Source: a virus. From it: a stretch of 64,000 bases of DNA. The translations under genes were made by a program, and so were the position numbers. The stretch lies in IMG/VR virus record IMGVR_UViG_3300032322_001315, positions 26,510-90,509 of that record; one strand, 5' to 3'. The notes beneath the pieces were generated by a model that worked only from the letters and a program-made list of their open reading frames with translations, was not told the DNA's origin and searched no databases. Within the stretch, counting starts at the first letter, position 1; each line of letters starts with the position of its first letter. Positions 47,119 to 56,476 of this stretch are shown here, in pieces.

Positions 47119-48798
47119 TCATCTAATCTTGAAGTAATCCGAGTAAACATCATTTGGTCCTGCTTTCTCCCACACATCACCACCTTCTAATATGAAAGGC
47201 AAATCTAAACCATCATCTATAATAGGTGCAGGTATCATTTCATCGTCTATTTGATTTAATTTTTCTAATTGTAATTGCTTTCTTAAATCGTGATTTACTA
47301 AATCTCTAAAATATTTTTGAGTGGATAACCAAGAGAATAGTACCATAGTCATAACTAGGTCATCTGTCTTACCTTCCTCTGCTGACCAAGACGACCCATC
47401 TGAAATAAACGATGACAATTCTGATATAGTATCGAAATCGTTTGTCATCAATTTATTGGATTCAATGAGTGTTTTTAGATTGTAACAACCTATGCGTTTG
47501 ACCATAGGAGACATTTTGACACCCATCTGAACACCTCTGCCAAAACCAGCAGAGATTTGTTGTGCTTTTTTGTTTCCTGTTTGTACCTTTAATAAATTCT
47601 CATACTCTAAATCAGTATGTAGTATTTCTGCTACTTGTGGAGTATTGTTAACTTCAACAAGCACATATGCATCATTGTAATATTTTGCTGTGTTATAAAT
47701 GACTGTAGGATACAATATAGGAGAGATTAAAGAATCTGCATATTTTGCAACTTGTTTATATGGAGTCGCAGATATATCAAATACCGAGAATGCCGAACAA
47801 TCTTGATTCTTTCCTTCTGCAACGTCAACACAAATTGCATAGATGTGGTCTAAAGTAACACTCTCATCGCCTTTGATTGGATGCTCATATATATCGAGAA
47901 TATTATCTCCTGCAATCTTTTTTCTTTCAATAGGATCGTTGTATGAAAGTGCTTGAAGTCTAGATGCCGATATTAATGTGTCAGCAGAGCCTAAGAATTC
48001 AGTTTCAAATTCTTGTGCGAACTGTCTTTCTGAAGTGTTGCGTATTGTTTCTTCTCGCCATTTGTCGTCTCGACCTGGTACCATTGACCAGTGAATTTCA
48101 AAAGTAGCATAATTGTTTTTATTGTTGATTGCATCCATCCACAATTTGTAGAATAGATTTAATCCATTTGGAGTTGAAACAATAATAATCTTTGTCGATT
48201 TACCTGATGATATGACAGGATAGACTGAGTTGAAGAATTCGTGTGCAATACTGTTTGGTACGAAAGCGAATTCATCAAGAAACACAAGATTGAAAGAACC
48301 ACCACGAACGGCCGATGATGATGTTGCAGCTGCTACTATCTTCGAACCATTTTCGAGTTCTATGTTACCTTTGTTCCATGTGATTACACCTTGCTGTAAC
48401 CATTGTGGTAAGTTTTCGTATGCGAGTTGATATTTGCCTAGAATATCTCTTGCTAGTTGTCCTTTGTTAGCAAGAATGGCAACAGATTGAGAATCTGTAA
48501 ATAATGTTGCCCAAAGAATATATGATATTGTTGTAGTAGTTTTACCAACTTGACGAGGACATTTTGTAATGGAAAATCTATTTTCATGATACGTTCTAAT
48601 CATATCACGTTGAAAGTCCCACATCTTAAAAGGTACTAGACCATCATCTACGTTAACAATCTTGATATATTTTTCGGCAAAGTAGATAGGGTCTTTGGAG
48701 CATTTTATGTATTCTTGTATTTGCTCCTGTGTATACTCAACTTGTACTCCTGCTCTTTTTAAAAGAGGATTATCACGATACGATTCTTTGATTGTCAA
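47119..48798 (-). CDS. 17: terminase large subunit gp17
   Basis: PRQVGKTT, LDEFAF, STPNG, DVAEG, DDLVM. Confidence 0.97.
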   Translation of the reverse strand: MTIKESYRDNPLLKRAGVQVEYTQEQIQEYIKCSKDPIYFAEKYIKIVNVDDGLVPFKMWDFQRDMIRTYHENRFSITKCPRQVGKTTTTISYILWATLFTDSQSVAILANKGQLARDILGKYQLAYENLPQWLQQGVITWNKGNIELENGSKIVAAATSSSAVRGGSFNLVFLDEFAFVPNSIAHEFFNSVYPVISSGKSTKIIIVSTPNGLNLFYKLWMDAINNKNNYATFEIHWSMVPGRDDKWREETIRNTSERQFAQEFETEFLGSADTLISASRLQALSYNDPIERKKIAGDNILDIYEHPIKGDESVTLDHIYAICVDVAEGKNQDCSAFSVFDISATPYKQVAKYADSLISPILYPTVIYNTAKYYNDAYVLVEVNNTPQVAEILHTDLEYENLLKVQTGNKKAQQISAGFGRGVQMGVKMSPMVKRIGCYNLKTLIESNKLMTNDFDTISELSSFISDGSSWSAEEGKTDDLVMTMVLFSWLSTQKYFRDLVNHDLRKQLQLEKLNQIDDEMIPAPIIDDGLDLPFILEGGDVWEKAGPNDVYSDYFKIR

Positions 48799-48800
48799 TT

Positions 48801-49772
48801 TTATTCATGTCCTAAAGTCTGCTTAAATTTACCAATATGTTCATCATCATCTAAATTTACATGACTTTTATCGAGTCCTTTTTTTCCATCTGGTTGAAAC
48901 ATGACTGTTCTTGCTTTGCCTTGATTTAATTGTTTTTGCCTGATAGTCCATCTTCCTTTTCCAGATAGAGCAGGCAATCCATGACCCGTTTCGTCTTCGT
49001 CTCCAATTCTATATGTTCCATATCCGCCACCAACTTGCAAAATTTTAACGTGATGGTCTTTTAGATATGCATGTGCTGGATCTAAACTTGGATGTTTAAC
49101 GACAACAGATTTAGCACGACCAGAAGAAGTTTTTTCTGCTGTATCAGGATCAGGCTGAACCTTGTTCATATGTTCTAATATTCCTGACTTTTCAATCTCT
49201 TTTGCATATTGTGGTCTCAACTCTCTTGCTTTATCTCCAATATGCCAACCTTTTTCTTTAGAATGATGTATTGTTAATTGACCAAATGCAGCAGTTGTTC
49301 CTTCTTTTGTCTCACCTTCGAGCAAATGTCCTGTGACCGTTCCAGCATGAAATATTTTTCTTTTTTTGTTTTCTGCTACGAAATCTGTTCCTGCTGTCGA
49401 ACCTGCACCTGAAATATGTTCAGGCATGATTCCATGTTTCTTTAATCTGTCAACGAAATCTTTTTCGTATTTGTGTCCTTTGTTTTCTGGTTCTGCTCCA
49501 GGTTTTAATAATTTTGTCACAGGAATTTCATGATGTTCGTCTGAACCTTCTACCTCAGCATGAACATGGAGTTTTCCATTAATTCTATCTGTACCATTTA
49601 GTCTGACTTTTGTTCCTGCGGGCAAATCTCCATGTGCAGATGCTAGTTCATGAGTTGCCTCTGTGCTACCTAAAAAAGGTCTAATATATTTGTCAAAATG
49701 TCTTACGCTCTCGGTACCTGTTCCTATAATAGTACCTCGACCTTCAGATAAGAAAAATTTAAATGACCTCAT
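48801..49772 (-). CDS. PD-(D/E)xK nuclease-like protein inserted between 16 and 17
   Basis: KYEKDF...GTDF...EGETK pattern; C-terminal similarity to 11401-12132. Confidence 0.5.
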   Translation of the reverse strand: MRSFKFFLSEGRGTIIGTGTESVRHFDKYIRPFLGSTEATHELASAHGDLPAGTKVRLNGTDRINGKLHVHAEVEGSDEHHEIPVTKLLKPGAEPENKGHKYEKDFVDRLKKHGIMPEHISGAGSTAGTDFVAENKKRKIFHAGTVTGHLLEGETKEGTTAAFGQLTIHHSKEKGWHIGDKARELRPQYAKEIEKSGILEHMNKVQPDPDTAEKTSSGRAKSVVVKHPSLDPAHAYLKDHHVKILQVGGGYGTYRIGDEDETGHGLPALSGKGRWTIRQKQLNQGKARTVMFQPDGKKGLDKSHVNLDDDEHIGKFKQTLGHE

Positions 49773-50185
49773 TCTTGTTTTCCTTTTAATAGTTTTGACA
49801 ACTCAGCAGTTGAACCTACAAAGATGGCCTTGTCTATAGTTGTCTTTGATGTTTCTTTTTGACCTTTCTTCATCTCTCGCATTTGTTTTTGCAAAAGAAT
49901 TAGTTTTTCGTTTGCTTCTGTCACATTTTTAATCATGGTTGCAGCAACTTCAAATGCACGAGGATGTTCTGATTCTCTAGCAATTTCAAGAATATCATCA
50001 ATGGCGTCTTTACCTTTTTCAATGATTTCTTCATAGTTAGTTCTTACTGTTTCATAGTCAGTTTGAAGGTCATCATCTAATTGTGTTTGCTCTTTGGTTT
50101 CGACAACAGCAGGTAAAGTCTCTTCGATGATTTCAACTGGAGCAACATCAAACAATTGCTCCATATTTCTTTCAAATTTAGTCAT
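49769..50185 (-). CDS. 16: terminase small subunit gp16
   Basis: DYETVR, SEHPRAFEV, IFVGSTAEL. Confidence 0.93.
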   Translation of the reverse strand: MTKFERNMEQLFDVAPVEIIEETLPAVVETKEQTQLDDDLQTDYETVRTNYEEIIEKGKDAIDDILEIARESEHPRAFEVAATMIKNVTEANEKLILLQKQMREMKKGQKETSKTTIDKAIFVGSTAELSKLLKGKQE

Positions 50186-50186
50186 A

Positions 50187-51179
50187 TCAATATTCCGTTA
50201 TCGTAGTTGTAATCGTATAATTTGAATTTGGTAAAGCGTCTTTTGGAACAACTGCTGTATTGACAGTTGCCATTCTCACGTTAGCACCGATAACGTTTAA
50301 TAATATATGTTCAGCACCAGAACTTACTCCATACAAATAGGTATTTGTTTTTAAATCGCCTTCAATATTTGTTACTTTCAAAATATTTGTAGTGTTGCTG
50401 TAACTTAAAACTTCTGCTTTTCCTGATGCTAAAGCAAATGAATATCCTTGAAATACTTCTTCTCCAATTTTATACGTTCCTGTACCAGAAGAACTTACGT
50501 TTAATGATACAGTATCTTGTGCACCAATATTTGCTAAATTTTTAATATTGACAATTGCTTGTTTGATTACTGAACCTTGATTGATGTTTCCGTACAAATA
50601 TGCTTTTGCAGTAAACTTTAATGTCCAAATAATTATTCTTGTATCAGAATCATTTTCGCCTTCAAATTCAATATTACAATCTACACTATTTAATGTTATA
50701 GGAACTTCTCTGACAACTCCCATCGTAGGCACAAGATTTAACCTAAGAGTATAATTCGGAGTAAAATAAGGCAATATATGTTCAATTATTTGGTCACCAT
50801 CTTCAATGTTTCTAACATAAAGATATAATTCAAAATCAAAATTATAAGGTACTGGATTATATTGATAGTATGCTGTATTTCCATCGCCTGAGGCTGCAAC
50901 GTTCTTTATTCCAGATACTAGTTTTCTTGCCGCATCGTAGTACATATTTGTCAAATCGTATGACAAACGAGGTAATGTGATTTGAACTTTTTTGTTTAGT
51001 GTTGGATCACCTAAAAGACGATTTACATATTTTTCTTTTGGTGCATATACGATAGGAACTTTTATTGTTTGGTCTTCAGTACCGTTTGTATTATATCTTG
51101 TTAAACTGATATCATCAAATACGCTGCCGAACCCAACAATTAATTTTCTTATAATGTGGTGATATGATGTACTCGCCAT
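50187..51179 (-). CDS. 15: tail sheath stabilizer gp15
   Basis: KVPIVYAPKEK, LPRLSY, PVPYN, QIIEHILPYF. Confidence 0.93.
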   Translation of the reverse strand: MASTSYHHIIRKLIVGFGSVFDDISLTRYNTNGTEDQTIKVPIVYAPKEKYVNRLLGDPTLNKKVQITLPRLSYDLTNMYYDAARKLVSGIKNVAASGDGNTAYYQYNPVPYNFDFELYLYVRNIEDGDQIIEHILPYFTPNYTLRLNLVPTMGVVREVPITLNSVDCNIEFEGENDSDTRIIIWTLKFTAKAYLYGNINQGSVIKQAIVNIKNLANIGAQDTVSLNVSSSGTGTYKIGEEVFQGYSFALASGKAEVLSYSNTTNILKVTNIEGDLKTNTYLYGVSSGAEHILLNVIGANVRMATVNTAVVPKDALPNSNYTITTTITEY

Positions 51180-52060
51180 TATAACTTACCTAAAGAATTA
51201 TTTTCTGAAGTATTGACATAATTGATTGATTCATCATTGATTGCTTTGTTGTCGTAATGTACTTTTGGTTCTGCTTCAAAATACGAGTCGGTAGAAACTA
51301 AAATCGCATTTGCAGTATTACTATAAATCCTAGAACCAATAGACAAGGTTCCTTGTATTTGGTCTAAATCAAGAGTGCTATTTACTGAGTTATATGCTGC
51401 CACTACTGCTCTAGATGTTGCATTTGCATATACACCATTAGCACTTTGAAATACAATATCATCGACATCAAATGTTCCATAAACAGAAGTGATTGTAAAT
51501 CTTTCTGCATATGCTTCTTGAGTTTGAATGATATCGATATCTGGTATTCCTGTTGAAATTTCTTCGTGAGAATACTTGAATTTCTCTAATTCAATCTCAT
51601 AAAAATAAGGAACTTGACGACCAAGCATCATCATATCTTTGTTTTGATTTACAAATTTGATTTCATATAATTCACCAACACCATTCAATACAGGAATATA
51701 AATTAAATCGCCTTCTCTTGGTCTTATAATTGTTGTTCCATTTGATACTCTCTGTAGGAATGTTCTTTTTGACATCATTACAGATAAAGTGTTTCTAATT
51801 TCTAAACCAAATTTACTGAAAAACTCTCCTTGACCACCATAATCGGTGACGTTATTCGGATAAATTTCAATTGGATATGCTGAAGTAAAAGTCTTTAGAG
51901 GGTCTTCACCATAGATTAAATCTCTCGCCGAGTCATTGTCGTTTGGTAGATAAAATGAATCTGTACCCATTATCTTAATACTTTCGACAATGAGGTCTTC
52001 AACTAAACGTTGTTCATTATATCTAGCGTTATAATTATTAAAATAGTGATTTAATGGCAT
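51179..52060 (-). CDS. 14: neck protein gp14
   Basis: EQRLVEDLIVESI, SKFGLEI, RPREGDLIY. Confidence 0.93.
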   Translation of the reverse strand: MPLNHYFNNYNARYNEQRLVEDLIVESIKIMGTDSFYLPNDNDSARDLIYGEDPLKTFTSAYPIEIYPNNVTDYGGQGEFFSKFGLEIRNTLSVMMSKRTFLQRVSNGTTIIRPREGDLIYIPVLNGVGELYEIKFVNQNKDMMMLGRQVPYFYEIELEKFKYSHEEISTGIPDIDIIQTQEAYAERFTITSVYGTFDVDDIVFQSANGVYANATSRAVVAAYNSVNSTLDLDQIQGTLSIGSRIYSNTANAILVSTDSYFEAEPKVHYDNKAINDESINYVNTSENNSLGKL

Positions 52061-52061
52061 A

Positions 52062-52841
52062 TTAGTTTAAGAAAAATTCTAATGGAGCACCGTAGTTATT
52101 TTCCATTTCTTTTTCTAGTCTCTCGATGTCATCTACTGCTTCTTGATATGTTTCGGCACCATTTAAAGTTACACCACCAAGAAGTTGAATTCCACCAAAC
52201 TTCTTCATGTTTGAACCCCATGTACGTTTGATTAGAGCAGTAGCATATTCTTTTAACCAACGGTCATTCCAAACGCCATTATAAACATCTGGATTTATTA
52301 CAGCATAGCATTCTGCAACGACTACAGTTCCGGCATCTGCTTCTGATGTTCCCCAGTTCCAATCAATGAATAACTTACGCATATGTCGTTGAAATCTAAT
52401 TGGAACTTCACCACTAAACAAGATTTCAAGTGAACGCAGATGTTGCTGAGTTAATGTGTAGTTGATGTACGATGCTGAAGTGAAATCATATAATTCATTG
52501 AGACGTAGTTGATATCTCAAGTCAAACATATTGACGGTTGCTTGAGAATCTTGGACTGGAAATATGCGAGTTACACCAATAATCTCTACTTGATTACCGT
52601 TTGAGTCTACGGTAACGCTAGGATCCATATTAATATATTCATTATCGATATCTTGTTGTGTTATTGCTTTGATATAGAATACTTTTTGTAGACCATCAAA
52701 GTGATAATCTTGCCAGTATTGCAAAGCATCGTCTATTCTATCTTCTATTTGGTCATCATCTACGTTGATATCTATTACTGGAAATCCTAAACGGCGTAAG
52801 CAATAGTTTTTAAACTCTTCTCTTGAGGATATGGTCGCCAT
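52062..52841 (-). CDS. 13: neck protein gp13
   Basis: YCLRRLGFPVIDINV, WLKEYATAL, WGSNMKKF, GGVTLNG; late-type AATAAATA at 52870-52877. Confidence 0.95.
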   Translation of the reverse strand: MATISSREEFKNYCLRRLGFPVIDINVDDDQIEDRIDDALQYWQDYHFDGLQKVFYIKAITQQDIDNEYINMDPSVTVDSNGNQVEIIGVTRIFPVQDSQATVNMFDLRYQLRLNELYDFTSASYINYTLTQQHLRSLEILFSGEVPIRFQRHMRKLFIDWNWGTSEADAGTVVVAECYAVINPDVYNGVWNDRWLKEYATALIKRTWGSNMKKFGGIQLLGGVTLNGAETYQEAVDDIERLEKEMENNYGAPLEFFLN

Positions 52842-52872
52842 ATTTTGCCTCTATGATTATACATTGTAGTAT

Positions 52873-53316
52873 TTATTGCTTAGGATATTTTTCTTTTACT
52901 GATTGTATTTTATTCATCATATCAACGTAATCTGAATGTTCTGGTCCTTTCCATATTGCGCCTAGTTGCTCACCCAAAGAAGGATACTCATCTCTTCTTA
53001 GTGCATAATAGTCAGGAATATCCGGATGAACAATCTCTTCTTTTTGAATATCAGATACAGTTTGTTCGCCGGTAAATGGGTCAGTATATGACCTTGTTTT
53101 AGGATCAAGTGCTGCCCACTCGGCTTCTTTTGCATCAATCTGTGCTTCTATTCTTGATTTGGATTGTTCTAGAAATTCAGATAGGTTTGCATTTGAAGGG
53201 ACGTAAATTTTCCAGTCATAAACATTATCATTATAAGTTACTTTTAATAACGCCAATGCTCTATCTTCATTTCCTCCTACTGATTGAATGCCTTCTAATG
53301 AAATTTCGCTAGACAT
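52873..53316 (-). CDS. putative tail-fibre assembly/chaperone-like protein
   Basis: C-terminal YYALRRDEYPSLGEQL...VKEKYPK motif, typical of fibre-associated small proteins. Confidence 0.55.
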   Translation of the reverse strand: MSSEISLEGIQSVGGNEDRALALLKVTYNDNVYDWKIYVPSNANLSEFLEQSKSRIEAQIDAKEAEWAALDPKTRSYTDPFTGEQTVSDIQKEEIVHPDIPDYYALRRDEYPSLGEQLGAIWKGPEHSDYVDMMNKIQSVKEKYPKQ

Positions 53317-53324
53317 AATTGCTC

Positions 53325-54680
53325 CTACTTGATTGCTTCTACTCTAAAGTTTTTGCCCATATGACTTCCTTGTTGAGGTAGAATTTGAATATCTTTAAAT
53401 CCAATTTCTGTTAGCAATTCGGTCATAACCTTTGGATAATAACCCCATCTGTGTGGGAATTTAGTTCCTTCTTTTAGTGTTTCTTCAGTTGGAGTTTCTT
53501 CACCTGTTGCTACTCCATACATGCAAACAGTCAACCAATATTTTTCTTCGTCTGTTTTCGCTTCTACGAATGCCTTGCATATACCTTCCAAGTCAGGTAA
53601 CTCCATGATAAGTTTACCACCAGGTTTGAGATTATCAAACCATTTCTTCATCAGTTCGGGACCTCGATGATGAGGAATATGTTCAATCAAATGAGATGCC
53701 AAAATCTCTTCTGCACACTCATTTGGAATATCAACTTCAAAAATATCTTCATTGATATCTGCTGTACTATCATACTTGTCAATACCAATGTATCCTTCGA
53801 GTTTGTCTCTACCGCAACCTATGTTAAACTTGATAGGTTTATTTTCCTCTAGATATTTTTGAATTTTATTTTTTGAACTGTTGCTACCTTTTGGTACTCT
53901 ACTTGTCCATCTCTTGTCAATATATTCTTTATCTTCTGGTACTAATGGAGTTGTGATTGGAATCTGAGTGAAATAATTTCTCAAATCAACACCAGGATGT
54001 GCTGTGTATTTTCCAGATGCAAGGTCCATGTGTAGACATTGAACATCAGTATTGACAAGAAGTTTATAACCCATCTTATGAAGTCTGTGGACAAAGAAGT
54101 TGTCTTCTCCAATAAATGGAATGTCAGGACTAATGTTATTGCCTATACAGCAGAAAGGAAGTTCTGGGTCTTGTTCTTTCATTGCTTTAATAATATGCAT
54201 AGGAATCAACATTACATCCATTCCTGTCTGCCAGGCGTCTATCAATTGGCCTGGATCGACATTAGGAATGATAATATGATTATCGATTCTCTGCATAATC
54301 ATAGCATTTGAAAGTTTGATATAGTACACCCCGGTTACTACTGCATTTGGATTTTCTTCTGCGGTCTTGTGAAGAATGGTGAATGCATCGTAAGGAAGAA
54401 CCGTATCTTCACCTACAAACAACATATACTTGGCGCCAGATTCTAATGCTCTTTCAAATAGATAGTTTCTTGCTACGTCAACTACCTCACCACCAATATT
54501 GCAGAAACCATGACTGAATCCATTAAGGTCAATATGAAGACCCATATGTCCATCAAAGTTTTGTGCTGGTGTTTCTTTTAAATCTCTACGAGGTTGACAG
54601 ATAACAACATACGGAGAGATTGTTTTTGATTCATCATAAATTTCATGCATTACTTTAATAATTTTATCACGATTATACAT
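53325..54680 (-). CDS. fusion of GT-A-like domain and class I SAM methyltransferase
   Basis: N-terminal VDVARNY, FVGEDT, GEDNFF; C-terminal NIGCG, ASHLIEH, LKPGG. Confidence 0.75.
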   Translation of the reverse strand: MYNRDKIIKVMHEIYDESKTISPYVVICQPRRDLKETPAQNFDGHMGLHIDLNGFSHGFCNIGGEVVDVARNYLFERALESGAKYMLFVGEDTVLPYDAFTILHKTAEENPNAVVTGVYYIKLSNAMIMQRIDNHIIIPNVDPGQLIDAWQTGMDVMLIPMHIIKAMKEQDPELPFCCIGNNISPDIPFIGEDNFFVHRLHKMGYKLLVNTDVQCLHMDLASGKYTAHPGVDLRNYFTQIPITTPLVPEDKEYIDKRWTSRVPKGSNSSKNKIQKYLEENKPIKFNIGCGRDKLEGYIGIDKYDSTADINEDIFEVDIPNECAEEILASHLIEHIPHHRGPELMKKWFDNLKPGGKLIMELPDLEGICKAFVEAKTDEEKYWLTVCMYGVATGEETPTEETLKEGTKFPHRWGYYPKVMTELLTEIGFKDIQILPQQGSHMGKNFRVEAIK

Positions 54681-54694
54681 ATTTCAATTCACCT

Positions 54695-56476
54695 TTAATA
54701 TTTGTTAAGAAATTGACTAGAACACAATCCTTTGCTAAAGAGTACACCTGTATTTAGGGTTATTTTTTGACCTCTGTTTGCACCATAAGGTACAAAATTA
54801 ATATCTCCATTTGGTGATAAAATACCTCCATTGTGTGCACCGGTAGATGTTGTATAAACCAAACTATATGTTGATACCACTCCATCAGCAGATATTTTTT
54901 GTCCTACAGTAGCTTGTGCTGGTATAAAATGTATATCACCATCGGGTGCTAATACACCACCGGCATATGCAGCAGTTGTTGTATAAACCAAACTATATGT
55001 TGATACTACTCCAGCTGCGGATATTTTTTGACCTACTATTGCACTTCTGGGTACAAAATGAATATCACCGTTTGGTGCTAAAACACCACCTTGATATGCT
55101 AATTCGGAAGATATAGTATATACTAGACTATATGTTGATACCAAACCGCCAGCTGAAACTTTTTGACCTCTGTTAGCAGCAGCCGGTATAAAGTGTATAT
55201 CACCATTTAGTGCCAATACTGCACCTAAAAATGCATTAGTTGTAGTATAAACCAAACTATATGTTGATACTACGCCAGCAGGTGAAACTTTTTGTCCTCT
55301 GTTTGCACTAAGGGGAGCAAAATGTGTATCCCCATTGGGAGCGAGAACGCCTCCTTGATATGCTGCTGCTGTTGTATAAACCAAACTATAGGTGGATACT
55401 ACTCCTGAAGCAGATATCCTTTGACCTCTGTTTGCACTATAAGGTACGAAATTTATATCACCATTAGGTGCTAATACGCCACCGGCATATGCATTAGTTG
55501 TCGTATATACAAGACTATATGTAGAAACAGTACCAGCAGATGATATTTTTTGTCCTCTTATAGCAGAAGTTGGTATAAAATGTATATCTCCGTTTGGTGC
55601 TAGGACACCACCCGTATATGCTGCTGCTGCTGTATAAACTAAACTATATGTACTAACAACACCACCAACACCACTAAACAACTGACTACCATTCTTTCCC
55701 TCATTCAAAAAATTTAGAATGTTAGGAAAAGGATTAAAGTTGGATGTTTTAGCATCACCGTTAACTGTTATAGTAAACTTGTTTGTGCTGTTGTCTAAGA
55801 ATGTTGCATTTTGACAGGTCAGCAGAGAGATGTTGGTGATTGCGGTAAGTGGCGCAGTTGGTGGCGTAAAAGTCGAGGTGTAGAGGACAGTACCTTTGAC
55901 GATGCGAAGATTTGATATATATCCGGGGAAATTGTATTGGTTGGCAGCACCACCTCTATCTGTCCATCCAACAAGCAATGCTCTTGACCCAGTGGTTAAA
56001 TTTGAAGGTACATTTGAAACAGTTGCGCTTGATACCCCATTCAACCAAAGTGTTGCATTTGCTCCACTTCTGGTTAGCGCAAAATGATTCCAAGAATTTA
56101 CTGCTACTGTAGTTGTTGTTCTTGCCGACGAAGGTGGGTTTACGCCTGCATTTGGCACAGCAGCAAAGTGAAAGCAGACACGCAAACTAGAATCAACGCC
56201 AATAGAATATTGCGACCAAGTGCTAAACGCAAGACCATCTTTATCAACAATAACTGCCCCATATATATCTGCATTTGTTGGGGTTGCTGTTAAATAGAAG
56301 AAACCTTCAATAGTAAAATCAGAAGTACCCATATTAAGAGCAGCATTATTAGCAACGCTTAAATAGTCGCCAGCAGCATCGAAAAAAACCGAAGAATACC
56401 CACCTTGTTGCGTACTGCGAACAGTTTGTTGAACTTCAGAGATGAATGTTGGAGAAGATATTCTTACGTCTGGCAT
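54695..56476 (-). CDS. virion protein: LamG/ConA-like domain plus 7 beta-propeller-like repeats
   Basis: DFTIE, WNHFALTR, GYISNLRIVKG (LamG-like); 7 copies of the ~43-aa STYSLVY...GGVLAPNGDIHF.P...GQK repeat. Confidence 0.75.
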   Translation of the reverse strand: MPDVRISSPTFISEVQQTVRSTQQGGYSSVFFDAAGDYLSVANNAALNMGTSDFTIEGFFYLTATPTNADIYGAVIVDKDGLAFSTWSQYSIGVDSSLRVCFHFAAVPNAGVNPPSSARTTTTVAVNSWNHFALTRSGANATLWLNGVSSATVSNVPSNLTTGSRALLVGWTDRGGAANQYNFPGYISNLRIVKGTVLYTSTFTPPTAPLTAITNISLLTCQNATFLDNSTNKFTITVNGDAKTSNFNPFPNILNFLNEGKNGSQLFSGVGGVVSTYSLVYTAAAAYTGGVLAPNGDIHFIPTSAIRGQKISSAGTVSTYSLVYTTTNAYAGGVLAPNGDINFVPYSANRGQRISASGVVSTYSLVYTTAAAYQGGVLAPNGDTHFAPLSANRGQKVSPAGVVSTYSLVYTTTNAFLGAVLALNGDIHFIPAAANRGQKVSAGGLVSTYSLVYTISSELAYQGGVLAPNGDIHFVPRSAIVGQKISAAGVVSTYSLVYTTTAAYAGGVLAPDGDIHFIPAQATVGQKISADGVVSTYSLVYTTSTGAHNGGILSPNGDINFVPYGANRGQKITLNTGVLFSKGLCSSQFLNKY

